Source: Vicinamibacteria bacterium (lineage in GTDB: Bacteria; Acidobacteriota; Vicinamibacteria; Marinacidobacterales; Marinacidobacteraceae). Taken from it: 64,000 nucleotides of DNA. Under the pieces are notes generated by a model. It made no database searches, was not told where the DNA came from, and saw only the letters and a program-made list of their open reading frames with translations. The stretch covers positions 1,854,318-1,918,317 of the forward strand of contig OZ220470.1 of NCBI GenBank assembly GCA_965115855.1, in the 5' to 3' direction. Shown here piece after piece: positions 37,095-48,745 of this stretch. The translations under genes were made by a program, and so were the position numbers. Within the stretch, counting starts at the first letter, position 1. Each line of letters opens with the position of its first letter.

Positions 37095-39055
37095 GGCAAG
37101 GTCTCCAGGAACTCGACCGCCTCGTCGCACTCGGTGACCAGCGTGAAGTCGGGAAGGCTCTTCCGCAGCGCCTCCCCGTAGCCCCTGGTCACCAGCCGGG
37201 GATCGAGCACCGCCGCGAGTCCCCGATCACGTCCCGAGCGGATGAGCCGCCCGAGCCCCTGCTTGAGCGTGAGGGCGGCTTCGGGAACCGCATGACTGAA
37301 AAAGCCGGGGATCCCGGTCCCGGCTTCGGCGCGGGCCGCCCGCGCCGCGTGGAGCGGATCGTTCGGAGGGGCAAAGGGCAGCCGGTCGATGACCAGAAGG
37401 GAGAGCGCGGCGCCCGGGAGGTCCACTCCCTCCCAGAAGGCGCGGACGCCGAGCAGCACCGCCCCCGGCGTCTTCCGGAATTGCTTGAGAAGCCCGCCGT
37501 GCCCCTCCCCCCGCCGCTGCCGGAGCACCGGCCACGAACACCGGCTCTCGAGAAGGGCTCCCACCCGTTCGAGATTCTGCCAGCTGGTGAACAGCACGAG
37601 CGCCCGCCCGCGGCTGGCGCTGACCAACCGGGAGATGGTTCCTGCCGCAGCTTCGACAAACCCGAAACTGCCCGGCTCGGGCATGTCCCGCGCCACGAAC
37701 AGCCGGGCGTGGTTCCGGTAGTCGAACGGCGACGGGATAATCGCCTCCGCGGACGACGAGACGCCGAGCTGGTCGGCGGCGTGGGTGAAGCCGCCGTCCA
37801 CGGCGAGCGTGGCCGAAGTCAGAACCGCGGCCCGAAGATCGGAAAAGAGCGCCTCGCGCAGGTCCGCCCCCGGATGCACCGGCGCCGACCGAAGCGAACT
37901 CACCGGTTTCCGGTCGCTGCCGCGGCGGTCGCGCCAGAACGCGCACCACACCACCCGGTTTTCGACCGGATCGAGAAGACCGCGGAGATCGGTGGCGACC
38001 TCCTGGATCCGCTTTTCGGTCCGGTCCGCCGCCTCCACGACGGAACTGCCGTCCGGCGCCTCCCGGGCGCGTTGACCGACCTCGGCCACCCGTTCGTTCA
38101 GGTCCTCCAGCCAGGCGAGGCAGACATCCCGGGCGCCGGTGATCTCCGGTCCCAACTGTTGCGGATCGAGAAGCCGCGCCTCGGACCCGGACTCCGGCTC
38201 GACGCGATCGAAGAGGTCCCGCCAGGCATCCTTGATCCGTTTGAGCGCCGGCGGCGCCCGCCGGCCCGGATCCGCTTCCTTCAGGAAGGAGCGCACTTCG
38301 GCCACGAGCCGTTCCGACGCGGCCGAGGTGAGTTCCAGGCTGAAGCTGTCGGTGGCAGCCGGTTCCAGCCGATGGGCCTCGTCCACGATCACCACGTCGT
38401 AGTCCGGGAGCACCGACCCGTAGTCGTTGCGCCGCACCACCCGGTCGGCGATCAGCAGGTGGTGGTTCACGATCAGGATCCTCGCGTTCTCCGCCCGGGC
38501 CCGGACCCGGGTGAGATGGCAATCGTCGTAGAGCTCGCAATTCCGACCAATGCAGTTCTCGCTGCTCGCCGAGAGCGATTCGAAGAAACCCGGATCGCCG
38601 AACCCTCCCCCGAGTTCGTCGCGATCACCGGTCCTGGTGGAAGCCGCCCAGTCGGCGAAACGGGCCCGATCGCGCTTGCGGTCGGGAAGCAGCGCGGGGG
38701 ATGCCTCGAACTCCTGCCAGGCCCGCCGGCACAGGTAGTTGCCCCGTCCCTTGATCCGCGCCACCGGGACCCGGGTCCCGAGCATGCGCTGCAGCGCCGG
38801 GAGGTCCTTCTCGAAGAGCTGGTCCTGGAGGTTCCTGGTCGCCGTGGAAACCACTACCCGCTCCCGCAACCGGAGAGCCGGCAACAGGTAGGCGTAGGAC
38901 TTCCCGATCCCGGTGCCCGCTTCCACCATGAGGGCGCCGCCCGTTTCAAGGGTTTCCTGCACCAGATCGGCCATCTCGGCCTGACCGGCCCGGTACTCGA
39001 ACCCCGGAGTTCCGGAAAGCCTTCCCCCCGGACAGAAGGCTTCGGAGGCCCGCAT
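37091..39055 (-). CDS. DinG/YoaA-family ATP-dependent helicase
   Basis: EAGTGIGKS, Fe-S Cys cluster (NYLC...NC...C..Y.DC), DEAH, LTSATL, IDRLPF, QGLGRLIR. Confidence 0.93.
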   Translation of the reverse strand: MRASEAFCPGGRLSGTPGFEYRAGQAEMADLVQETLETGGALMVEAGTGIGKSYAYLLPALRLRERVVVSTATRNLQDQLFEKDLPALQRMLGTRVPVARIKGRGNYLCRRAWQEFEASPALLPDRKRDRARFADWAASTRTGDRDELGGGFGDPGFFESLSASSENCIGRNCELYDDCHLTRVRARAENARILIVNHHLLIADRVVRRNDYGSVLPDYDVVIVDEAHRLEPAATDSFSLELTSAASERLVAEVRSFLKEADPGRRAPPALKRIKDAWRDLFDRVEPESGSEARLLDPQQLGPEITGARDVCLAWLEDLNERVAEVGQRAREAPDGSSVVEAADRTEKRIQEVATDLRGLLDPVENRVVWCAFWRDRRGSDRKPVSSLRSAPVHPGADLREALFSDLRAAVLTSATLAVDGGFTHAADQLGVSSSAEAIIPSPFDYRNHARLFVARDMPEPGSFGFVEAAAGTISRLVSASRGRALVLFTSWQNLERVGALLESRCSWPVLRQRRGEGHGGLLKQFRKTPGAVLLGVRAFWEGVDLPGAALSLLVIDRLPFAPPNDPLHAARAARAEAGTGIPGFFSHAVPEAALTLKQGLGRLIRSGRDRGLAAVLDPRLVTRGYGEALRKSLPDFTLVTECDEAVEFLETLP

Positions 39056-39087
39056 CGGCTCTCCCGCGGGGTCAGGCGCCGACCCGA

Positions 39088-40365
<1,278 letters not shown>

Positions 40366-40578
40366 GGGCGCCAGAGTATAGGTTTCGGAGAGGAGCCGTC
40401 AGACGGGATGTGCGACAGGCCCCACGCGGGCGGGCAGCATCCATCCCCGGGACGCCGGGAGAGGTGGCCGCTGCCGGTCGCCGGTCCGGGCGGCGCAGCA
40501 TCGGTCAGCAGCGTGGGCCCGGCTGGCCCCCCAGCGCGGCCTCGAGCAGATCCCGACCCGACGGATCGCCGGTGAGAA

Positions 40579-40883
40579 ACCCGAGGCGGACGCCAACCCA
40601 ACCTCCCCATGACCCAACCAGGGCGCCCAACCACCGACCGACGGGCAAATACCCGAGGCGGATGCAAACCCGACCTCCCCACGACCCAACCAGGGCGCCC
40701 AACCACCGACCGACGGGCAGATACCCAAGGCGGACTCCAACCCAACCAGTCCCACGACCCAACCAGGGCGCGAAACCACCGACCAACGGGCAGATACCCG
40801 AGGCGGATGCCAACCCGACCTCCCCATGACCCAACCAGGGCGCGAAGCCACCGACCGACGGGCAGACACCCGAGGCGGACGCC
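40579..40883. repeat. Intergenic 72-bp minisatellite (4 full copies + 16-bp partial)
   Basis: Units begin accc(g/a)aggcgga at 40579, 40651, 40723, 40796, 40868 (periods 72, 72, 73, 72). Confidence 0.92.
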
Positions 40884-41252
40884 CGCCGGGAGCAGGAGCA
40901 GGAAAACGCAGAAGGGTGCGATCCGCCGGGCGGCCCCTTCGGTCCGTGCCGGATCAGAAGGGTCCGGCCCGTCCGCCCGGTCCCCGGCCATGCCGGCGAA
41001 GCCCATGGCGGCGGAAGCCCCGGAAAGAGAGCCGAAAACGGGCGTTGATGAGGCGGTCCCGATCGAGGAGGGTCCGGACGCCCGGCGCCGGACACCCCGC
41101 GGGACGGAAGGGCCCGATTGGCGGGCACGGCGTGCAGCGGGGGCGCCGAAACCGGCCCACAATCCTCCCGGCGCCCTTGGAAGCCATGACGCGGCGCGAG
41201 CCGCTCACGTGACCGCCGTGAAGCGTCCTCCTCCGTCCATCCCCGGGCCAGC

Positions 41253-41318
41253 GGCCTGGCGAATCGGCCTGGTGAACCGCCTGGCGAACCGGCTTGGCGA
41301 ACCGGCCTGGCGAGCCGG
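41253..41318. repeat. 13-bp tandem repeat x5 (ggcctggcgaacc consensus)
   Basis: Units at 41253, 41266, 41279 (12 bp), 41291, 41304. Confidence 0.75.
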
Positions 41319-42143
41319 TCGGTCAGCAGGTCGCACATCCGGTTCCGGGCGTTGGTCCGCCAGGAATCCGGCCCCGGCCGGCCGAAGGACGAACCGCGAA
41401 GGCACGGACCGCGTTCCGGCAGAGCCGCGCGGCCGCGTCGGGAACCGGGGCGGCCCGCCCCTCGGCGGTCCGGTACTCCGGACGGTCAACGTGCGCTCGA
41501 AGCGCCGACGGGGCAGCAGGGCAGGTGCGGCAGGACCGCAGCCGGTGGATCATCGTCAGCCCACGCCCCCGGGAAAGGCCCCGGGGGCCCCGCCAGCAGG
41601 TTCACGCCATCGTTCCCGAGGAGCCCGCGCGACGCCAGCAGACCTTCGGCGAAGCCGCCAGGAACCCGGCCCCGGCCAGCGGAAGGACCAGCCTCGAAGA
41701 GGCAGGACGAGCAGGTCTCGGGAAGCGTGGCGCCGAGCCCGGCGGCGGACCCGGTACCGGTGACCGCTCCCGGGGTTCCCGCCGGCGTCCGCCGAAATCC
41801 GACAGCCTTCGGGGAGCACCCCGAAGCCGCGCCGACTCCCGGGGAGACGGTGTCCGCCACCGCGGCGAGGGTCGCCGTGCGCCGATCACCAGCGTGGTCT
41901 CGCCGACGCGTCCGGGACAGCGCAAGCCGCCGACAATCCGTATGGCGCATCGCCTGCCGTCCCCGCGCCTCGAGTTCTCCGAAACCGGACGCGCCGATCC
42001 GGGTCGCGCCCGAGCCGAGTATGACGAACAGGACCACCGCCGCCGGGACGGCACCGAGCGCCGACCGCGCCGGGGCGGTCAACCGTTCCCGTCCGCCAAC
42101 CCGGCGCCATCAGCACCACGCGGTCGCCGTCAGGAACGCCGGA

Positions 42144-44363
42144 TCAGTAGACGCGGTCGCGATCCCCGCCGAGACCGTAGGCGAAGCTGGTGACGCCGCC
42201 CAGCGTGAGTCCGAACTGGAAGAGATTCTCCTGACGCGAGCCCATGTTGTAGCGCGTCCACTCGACGCTGACGCCGCAGCACTGGAAGAGGAGATCAAGA
42301 CGGGTCCGCAGATTGGACATGCGCCGCTCGGTGATGTCGTAGTTGACCGAGATGCTGGTTCGGAGCACCTCGGAGGGGTAGAAATCGGTCCCGGCGCGGA
42401 AGTAACTGCTGGCGTCCACCTCGGCGTCCGGTTCGTCGGAGACCCGGCGCGCCCGACGCGACCAGCTCGCGTCGAAGTTGGTGTTCGATTCGCGACTGCC
42501 GAATCGCAGACCGGTACGAATGGAGGTGAACAACCGCTCGTCGGGGTCCCACTCCATCGTCCAGTCACCGTTCAGAGAGGGGTCGGGAGTAAACCGGAAA
42601 TCGGAACGGATGGGGGATTTCCGAACTTCGCCCTCCTCGAAGGAGGACGAGCTGTAGCTGCTGTTGTATCCGCCGGCTTCGGGGTCGAAGTACCAGGTCT
42701 GATGGATGCGCCAGGTGATCACGTCGGTCGCGCTGGATTCCTCCACGCCGTCGCGGTACCGCTTGGCGAGCAGCCGGTTCACCAACCCGAGACGGATCTC
42801 GTTGGTGGTCGGGGAGCTGTCATATCGGTCGAACCGGTTCACCTGATCGAAGTTGTCGTCGCTGACCCGGTAGGTCCAGATTCCCTCGGGTTCGATCAGG
42901 TGCTTGAACCGGGAGGCGTAGAAGTTGTTCGGGGTGTCGAAGATGCGCTCGATCTTGGGACCGCCCATCTGGACATCCACGCCGTAGTAACGGCGGCTGA
43001 GCTGGCGCTCGGAGTCAAAATCGCTCGTCTCCGGATCGATGGAACCGGTGTAGCGGGCGTAACCGGTCTCGACGGCCGCGGACAGGTCCAGGAACGGGAC
43101 TTCCGGCAAACCCAGCTCCAGCGACGGCCCCACGAAGATGCGGCGCCATTCCTGGAATTCGTCGCGGCGCGAGCGTCCTACCTGCAAGTAGTCCACTTCG
43201 TATCCGAGCTGCACATGACGTCCGATCAGCCCGAGGCTGCGTCGCTTGACGTTGATCTGCGGCAACACCTGGCGGATGCTGTTGCGCGAGGTGTACTGGG
43301 TGTCCTTGCGGTCCACCCGGAATCGCAGCGAATGGCGAAGGAGGGAGGCCCGCACATCGGCCTTGAGTCGCTTGTAACGCCGGGCCGAATTGGAGAACGA
43401 GCTCTGGAAGCGTCGGCTGAAATCGAAGCTGGAGAACTGGTCCCCGCGGGCGCTCACGCGGATGCGCCCGGGAAATCGTTGGTTCACCCGGTAATGGAGC
43501 GAGTACTCCCTTGCCTCGGTCGTCTTGTCATTGATGACGAAGAGATCACCCTCGGCCGACGAGCCGGCATCGCCCCGGTATCGGTATTCCGTACCGATAC
43601 CGGTTCCGGACACCGTGAAGTGGTCGAGACTCACCGTGAGATCCATGGAGCGATTGATCGCCCAGAAGAAGGCCTGGCTCACCAGATGGCCGCGCTTGTC
43701 CGAATTGGCGTAGCGGGGCATCAGGAACCCGGTCTGGCGACCGGTCTCCTCGACGATCGGATAGTAGAGCGCCGGCATCCAGGCCACCGGAATCCCCTTG
43801 ACGCGGAACGCCACGTTCCGCATCCAGATGCTCTTCCGCGGGCGCACCACCGCACGGCTGGCGGTGAAATTCCACCGGGGCACCGGCTGCGCGCAGGTGG
43901 TGAAGGCGCCCCGCTCGAGAACGTAGTTGCCGTCGTCGTCCTCCTCCACCGACTCGGCCACGAAGTAGAAATCCTGTCCGAGCAGGCCCCGCGCGTTCTC
44001 GAATCGCACCCGGGTGCCACCGAGGCTGGCCATGAGCTTCTCCGCCACCACCTTCTCGTTCCCCCGCTCGAAGACCACATTGCCGGTGGCCTCGATCCGC
44101 ATCTCGTCCTCCCACACCTCGATGCGGTCGGCCTGAACCCGGAGCCCGCCGAACCCGAGCTGGGCGTAGCCTTCGAGGACCAGATGGCTGCCGTTTCGCT
44201 CCGTCCGCTCGGCACGGGTAACGAGCGTGCCGGCGGCGGTGGCCGCGTGGGGCCACGCCACGGGCGGCTTCGACTGCTGCCCCCGACCCGAATATTGCCC
44301 GGACGCGACCCCGGCAACCACCAGGGCGGGAACCAGGAGCACCGCGACCCGCGCGCCGAACAC
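42144..44363 (-). CDS. lptD: LPS-assembly outer membrane protein
   Basis: OstA-like N-domain (ADRIE..ATGNV), FTTC.QP.P.W, GFLMP, FFWAINRS, beta-barrel, C-terminal FQCC; start GTG 44363 inferred. Confidence 0.9.
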   Translation of the reverse strand: MFGARVAVLLVPALVVAGVASGQYSGRGQQSKPPVAWPHAATAAGTLVTRAERTERNGSHLVLEGYAQLGFGGLRVQADRIEVWEDEMRIEATGNVVFERGNEKVVAEKLMASLGGTRVRFENARGLLGQDFYFVAESVEEDDDGNYVLERGAFTTCAQPVPRWNFTASRAVVRPRKSIWMRNVAFRVKGIPVAWMPALYYPIVEETGRQTGFLMPRYANSDKRGHLVSQAFFWAINRSMDLTVSLDHFTVSGTGIGTEYRYRGDAGSSAEGDLFVINDKTTEAREYSLHYRVNQRFPGRIRVSARGDQFSSFDFSRRFQSSFSNSARRYKRLKADVRASLLRHSLRFRVDRKDTQYTSRNSIRQVLPQINVKRRSLGLIGRHVQLGYEVDYLQVGRSRRDEFQEWRRIFVGPSLELGLPEVPFLDLSAAVETGYARYTGSIDPETSDFDSERQLSRRYYGVDVQMGGPKIERIFDTPNNFYASRFKHLIEPEGIWTYRVSDDNFDQVNRFDRYDSSPTTNEIRLGLVNRLLAKRYRDGVEESSATDVITWRIHQTWYFDPEAGGYNSSYSSSSFEEGEVRKSPIRSDFRFTPDPSLNGDWTMEWDPDERLFTSIRTGLRFGSRESNTNFDASWSRRARRVSDEPDAEVDASSYFRAGTDFYPSEVLRTSISVNYDITERRMSNLRTRLDLLFQCCGVSVEWTRYNMGSRQENLFQFGLTLGGVTSFAYGLGGDRDRVY

Positions 44364-44376
44364 CGGAGCCCGTGAG

Positions 44377-44982
44377 CTATCGCGCCGGTTCGTAATACGG
44401 ATTTTTCCCGGCGGCGTGGTCGGTGGTATCCAGGATGGCGCCAATTTCAGGAACGGAACGGCGCAAGGCCCGTTCCACTCCCTGCCGCAGGGTGGCCGTG
44501 GCCATCCCGCAACCCTGGCAACCGCCGCCCATCCGGAGGAAGACCTGGTTCTTCTCCACCCCAACGAGGTCGATCCAGCCCCCGTGGGACGCCACCGCCG
44601 GATTGACTTCGTCCTTCAGTACGTGTTGCACCCGGTCCCGGATCTCGTCGGGACCGGGGAGCCCGTCAAGGACCCCGGGATCCACCGGCGGAGCATCGTC
44701 TTGCAGCACCTCCCGGATGCGTCGGCCGATCTCGCGGCCCAGCGGCATCCAGTTGTGCTGTTCCTTGGCATGGATGGTGATCACCTCGTCCTGGACGAGG
44801 ACTCCCTCCACTCCCGGAAGCTGGAGGAGGGCGTGCGCCACCGGCGAACCGGCGGCGCGTTCCCCGGGCTCGAACCAGACGGATCCCCCGGGGAACACCG
44901 GTCGATCCAGCACGAATCGGCAGGTGGTGTTGTCGCGGGGTTCGGCCCGGATCAGGATACGGTCCGCCGCCGGCTCGCTCAT
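44377..44982 (-). CDS. NifU/Nfu Fe-S carrier with N-terminal scaffold domain
   Basis: NPAVASHGG, GGGCQGC; start ATG 44982. Confidence 0.9.
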   Translation of the reverse strand: MSEPAADRILIRAEPRDNTTCRFVLDRPVFPGGSVWFEPGERAAGSPVAHALLQLPGVEGVLVQDEVITIHAKEQHNWMPLGREIGRRIREVLQDDAPPVDPGVLDGLPGPDEIRDRVQHVLKDEVNPAVASHGGWIDLVGVEKNQVFLRMGGGCQGCGMATATLRQGVERALRRSVPEIGAILDTTDHAAGKNPYYEPAR

Positions 44983-45023
44983 GCAGCGGATTCTAGCCGG
45001 AGGCCGAAGACGGGACCTGCCGG

Positions 45024-45551
45024 TTGTGCGACACTGGACCCGTGGCCCTTCGCACGGTCGCCCGGGTGCTCCTGCCGGGCGTCCTCCCCCTGCTCGCATC
45101 CGAAATCCCGGCGCAGGAATCGCCCTTCGCCCCCCTCGGCCTCGAACGGATGGCCGAACTCGCAACCGGAGTGGTTGCCGGAGCAGTGGAGAACATCGAG
45201 AGCGCCTGGAACCGCGACCGCACGCGGATCGATACCCGGATCACCCTCCGGGTGGAACGGGTGCTGGCCGGGCGCGCCGGCCCCCGGGTGGTTTTTCGCA
45301 TCCCCGGCGGCACCGTCGGCGACACCACCATCCTGGTGACCGACGTTCCCGGATTTCGAGTGGGCGAGGACGTTCTGGTCTTCCTGCGGGGGACCCGCGG
45401 GCGGCTCCCCTCGGTGCTCGGGGGCCTGGAAGGCAAGGTGCGGCTGAGCCGGAGCGCGGACGGGAATCTGGCGCTGCCGGCGGCGGTTGCGCCTTCCCTC
45501 GCCAATCTGGAGGAAATGGAGGCGTTCCTGCGTGCGCAGCGCCGGAACTGA
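45024..45551 (+). CDS. Hypothetical exported protein
   Basis: Signal-like N-terminus; IPGG.VG...V..VP.F..GE.V.VFL beta-rich pattern. Confidence 0.6.
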   Translation: MCDTGPVALRTVARVLLPGVLPLLASEIPAQESPFAPLGLERMAELATGVVAGAVENIESAWNRDRTRIDTRITLRVERVLAGRAGPRVVFRIPGGTVGDTTILVTDVPGFRVGEDVLVFLRGTRGRLPSVLGGLEGKVRLSRSADGNLALPAAVAPSLANLEEMEAFLRAQRRN

Positions 45552-45618
45552 CCGGCGACCCGGGCTTCCCGCACGGCCCGGCGCCCGGAGAAGGCGGCTG
45601 GAACCCGGACGGGGGCTG

Positions 45619-47265
45619 ATGTGCGGATTCCTTTTCGCCGCTTCCGCTTCGGCCCAGGGGTTCACCGACGTCACCGCCCCGGCGGGTATCGTCTTCGTCC
45701 ACGACGCCGGGGACCAGGGAAACCTGTCGCTTCCCGAGATCACCGGCGCCGGCGGCGGATTCTTCGATGCCGACGGGGACGGGGATCTCGACATCTACCT
45801 GCTCCAGGGCGGGCGTCCCGCCGATCCGGCGGGGCCGGTGGCCGGGGCGCCCGGAAATGCGCTCTACCTGCAGGGCCCGCCAGGGCGCTTCCGCGACGCC
45901 AGCGAGGCGTCCGGAACCGCCGACACCGGATACGGCATGGGCCTCGCGGTCGGGGATTACGACGGCGACGGCCGTCCCGACCTTTTTGTCACCAACTACG
46001 GACCCGATGTCCTCTACCGGAATCTCGGCGACGGGAGATTCGCGGACGTGACCGGGGCCGCCGGGGTGGCCGGCGAGGGTTGGTCCTCGTCGGCAGTCTT
46101 CTGCGACTTCGACAGCGACGGACGACTCGATCTCTATGTGGCGCGCTATGTCCACAACGACCCGGCGAAGGAATGCACCCGGCAGGACGGCGGCCGCGAC
46201 TACTGCAGTCCCCAGGTGTTCCCCGGCATCCACGACTATCTCTACCGGAACCTCGGTGGGCGGTTCGAGGAGATCTCGCTGGCGGCCGGCCTGCGCGACG
46301 TCCACACTCCCGGCCTCGGCGTGGTCTGTGCCGATTTCGACGGCGACCGGCGGCTCGATTTCTATGTGGCGAACGACGGCGAGGCAAACCAGCTCTGGCT
46401 GAACCGGGGCGGCGGAACCTTTAACGACGACGCCTTCCTCGCCGGGGTGGCGCTGAACGACTCCGGACGTCCGGAGGCCGGGATGGGGATCGCGCTCGGG
46501 GATCCGGACGCCGACCTGGACCTCGACCTGTTCGTAACCCACGTGGCGAACGAGACCAACACGTTCTACCGGAACGACGGCTCGGACTTCGGACCCGCCT
46601 TCGCCGACCGCACCGGGCCCTCCGGACTGGGGCTTCCCAGCATGGCCCGCACCGGATTCGGGGTCGCGTTTGTCGATCTGGACCTTGACGGCGCACTGGA
46701 TGTGGTGCTGGCGAACGGCCGGGTCCAGCGCCAGCCGGCGCTTCCGGGAGCGAGCGGAAACGCCTTCTGGAGGGTGTTCGCCGAACCGAACCAGGTCTTC
46801 CGGAATACGGGCGCGGAAACTGCGGACGCCGCCTTCGCCGAGTTGCTGGCAGCGGGCGACTTCACCGCGGCACTCGAAATCAGCCGCGGACTGGCCGTCG
46901 GAGACTATGACGAAGACGGCGACGCCGACCTGCTGGTCGCGAACGCCGAGGGTCCGGCACGGCTCTACCGGAACGACTTCCCGCGGCGGGGCGCTTCGCT
47001 TCGGGTCCGGCCGGTGCTGGCGAACGGCTCGCCGGCCTTCCCGAGCCTGGTGACCGCCACCCTCGACGACGGGACTCGGGTGGTCCGCCGCGCCGCCCGC
47101 GGCGGCAGCTATCTCGCCACCGGCGATCCCCGGGCGTTTTTCGGCATTCCCGCCGGAGTGCGGGTGGAATCGCTCACGGTGACCTGGCCCGACGGTTCCC
47201 GGGAATCCTTCCCGGCGCCGTCCGCGGACGCGGTCACCCTGGGCATCGGCGAAGGGCAACGGTGA
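45619..47265 (+). CDS. CRTAC1/ASPIC-UnbV family FG-GAP (integrin-like Ca-binding) protein
   Basis: Repeated DxDGDGxxD(L/I)(Y/F)V motifs; RG.A.GDYD.DG; C-terminal GGSYL...FFG...TWPDG; start uncertain. Confidence 0.88.
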   Translation: MCGFLFAASASAQGFTDVTAPAGIVFVHDAGDQGNLSLPEITGAGGGFFDADGDGDLDIYLLQGGRPADPAGPVAGAPGNALYLQGPPGRFRDASEASGTADTGYGMGLAVGDYDGDGRPDLFVTNYGPDVLYRNLGDGRFADVTGAAGVAGEGWSSSAVFCDFDSDGRLDLYVARYVHNDPAKECTRQDGGRDYCSPQVFPGIHDYLYRNLGGRFEEISLAAGLRDVHTPGLGVVCADFDGDRRLDFYVANDGEANQLWLNRGGGTFNDDAFLAGVALNDSGRPEAGMGIALGDPDADLDLDLFVTHVANETNTFYRNDGSDFGPAFADRTGPSGLGLPSMARTGFGVAFVDLDLDGALDVVLANGRVQRQPALPGASGNAFWRVFAEPNQVFRNTGAETADAAFAELLAAGDFTAALEISRGLAVGDYDEDGDADLLVANAEGPARLYRNDFPRRGASLRVRPVLANGSPAFPSLVTATLDDGTRVVRRAARGGSYLATGDPRAFFGIPAGVRVESLTVTWPDGSRESFPAPSADAVTLGIGEGQR

Positions 47266-47266
47266 G

Positions 47267-48745
47267 ATGGCGGCCCGCCGGCGCCCAAAGGGAGAACGGC
47301 GACGCCCTCCCGGTCCTCCACCCGCCCGAAAGCCGTCCCGGCTTGCGATCAGCCTGCTGCTGGCTGTGGTCGGCGGCGGCGGCGCCTTCCTTCTCCTTCG
47401 GGACCGGGGGCCCGAACCCCCGAATCCCGATCTGGCGGACGCCGAACCGGCGGTAGCGGAGGCCGTCCGACGGGCGCGGACGGCAGTGCTCGCGACGCCG
47501 GATTCGGGGGAACGCCGGGGTGCGCTCGGCGCCGTGTTCCTCGCACACGAACTCCATGAGGCGGCGGCGCTCGCCTACCGCCAGGCGGGCCGCCTGGCGC
47601 CGGACGACTATCGATGGTCCTACCTCGAGGCCCGTTCCCTCTGGCGCCTGGACCCGGCGGCGGCCGAGGAGGCGGCGCTCGCCGCAATTCGGAAAAACCC
47701 CGACTACGCCCCGGCGCGGCTTCTCGCCGGACAGCTCGCCGAGGACCGGGCGGATCCGGACACCGCGCTCGCCCGCTACCGGGAAGCCATCGACCGGCTT
47801 GGCGCGGGTGGCGAGCCGGCGAACACGGCGGCCCTCCTATTCCGGGCGGGCCGGATGCTGGCGGGACGCAACGACTTCCGGGCGGCGCTGCCCCTGCTCG
47901 AACGAGCCGCAGCCCTGGCGCCGGAATCGGGCGCCATCGCGGCGGCGCTGGCCCGGGTGTACCGGCGGACCGGCGCCGGACACCTCGCGCGCAAGGCGGC
48001 GGGGCGCGCCCGCGGACTCGAGCACGACATGGTGATCGCCGACCCGCTGATGAACGCGGTACAAGGAGTTGCGGTGTCGATCGTCGGCCGCGAGCGGCGG
48101 GCCTTCGCCGCCGAAGGGGCAGGGCGCCCGGAGGTCGCCGAGCGGTTGCTGCGGGAGATGATCCGGACCCGGCCCGATTCCGCCGACCTGTACTACAACC
48201 TCGGCAACAACCTCTCCCGCCAGGGCCGCAACGAGGAGGCGCTGACCGCCTGGCAATCGGCCCTCGACCGGAACCCGGACCATGTCTCGGCGCTCGTCAA
48301 CTCCGCCATCGTGCTCGCCCAATCCGGAAATCGGGGGGAAGCGGCGCGGCGCTGCCGCCGGGCGCTGGAAGTCCATCCGAACCACTCCGGAGCGCTCTCG
48401 AGTCTCGGCAGCGTTGCTGCGCTGGACGGACGACGCGACGAGGCGATCTCGTGGTTCCGCCGCTCGCTGGAACAGGAGCCGGGGCGCGCCGGAACCCATG
48501 ACTCGATCGCACAGGTGCTGGCGGCGAACCGGGAATTCGTCGAGGCCATCCGGCACTTCCGCATCGCGGTGGCCGCCGAGCCGTTCCGCGCCGACTACCG
48601 GCTGGGGCTCGCGGCTACGCTCGCATCCACCGGTGACTTCGCTGGCGCGTGGGAGGTGGCGCACGAGGGGGAACGGCTGGATGCCCCGTTGCCACCGGAC
48701 TTCCTGCGGATGCTGGCCGGAGCGATGCCGGAACCGCCCCGATAA
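47267..48745 (+). CDS. Membrane-anchored TPR protein
   Basis: N-terminal TM, many A/L-rich 34-aa repeats (YYNLGN, ALVNSAIVLA). Confidence 0.85.
   Translation: MAARRRPKGERRRPPGPPPARKPSRLAISLLLAVVGGGGAFLLLRDRGPEPPNPDLADAEPAVAEAVRRARTAVLATPDSGERRGALGAVFLAHELHEAAALAYRQAGRLAPDDYRWSYLEARSLWRLDPAAAEEAALAAIRKNPDYAPARLLAGQLAEDRADPDTALARYREAIDRLGAGGEPANTAALLFRAGRMLAGRNDFRAALPLLERAAALAPESGAIAAALARVYRRTGAGHLARKAAGRARGLEHDMVIADPLMNAVQGVAVSIVGRERRAFAAEGAGRPEVAERLLREMIRTRPDSADLYYNLGNNLSRQGRNEEALTAWQSALDRNPDHVSALVNSAIVLAQSGNRGEAARRCRRALEVHPNHSGALSSLGSVAALDGRRDEAISWFRRSLEQEPGRAGTHDSIAQVLAANREFVEAIRHFRIAVAAEPFRADYRLGLAATLASTGDFAGAWEVAHEGERLDAPLPPDFLRMLAGAMPEPPR

Noticed and set aside
40366-40580. ZTP/glycine riboswitch expected upstream of glyA
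   Set aside because: No consensus recognised, and a TATACT hexamer 9 nt before the ATG suggests almost no leader. A cmscan would be decisive.
41486-42082. 198-aa minus ORF after lptD (possible RDD/LptE remnant)
   Set aside because: Only a short hydrophobic start; the rest is low-complexity with no recognisable motif.
41352-44375. 1007-aa plus ORF
   Set aside because: Antisense shadow of lptD.
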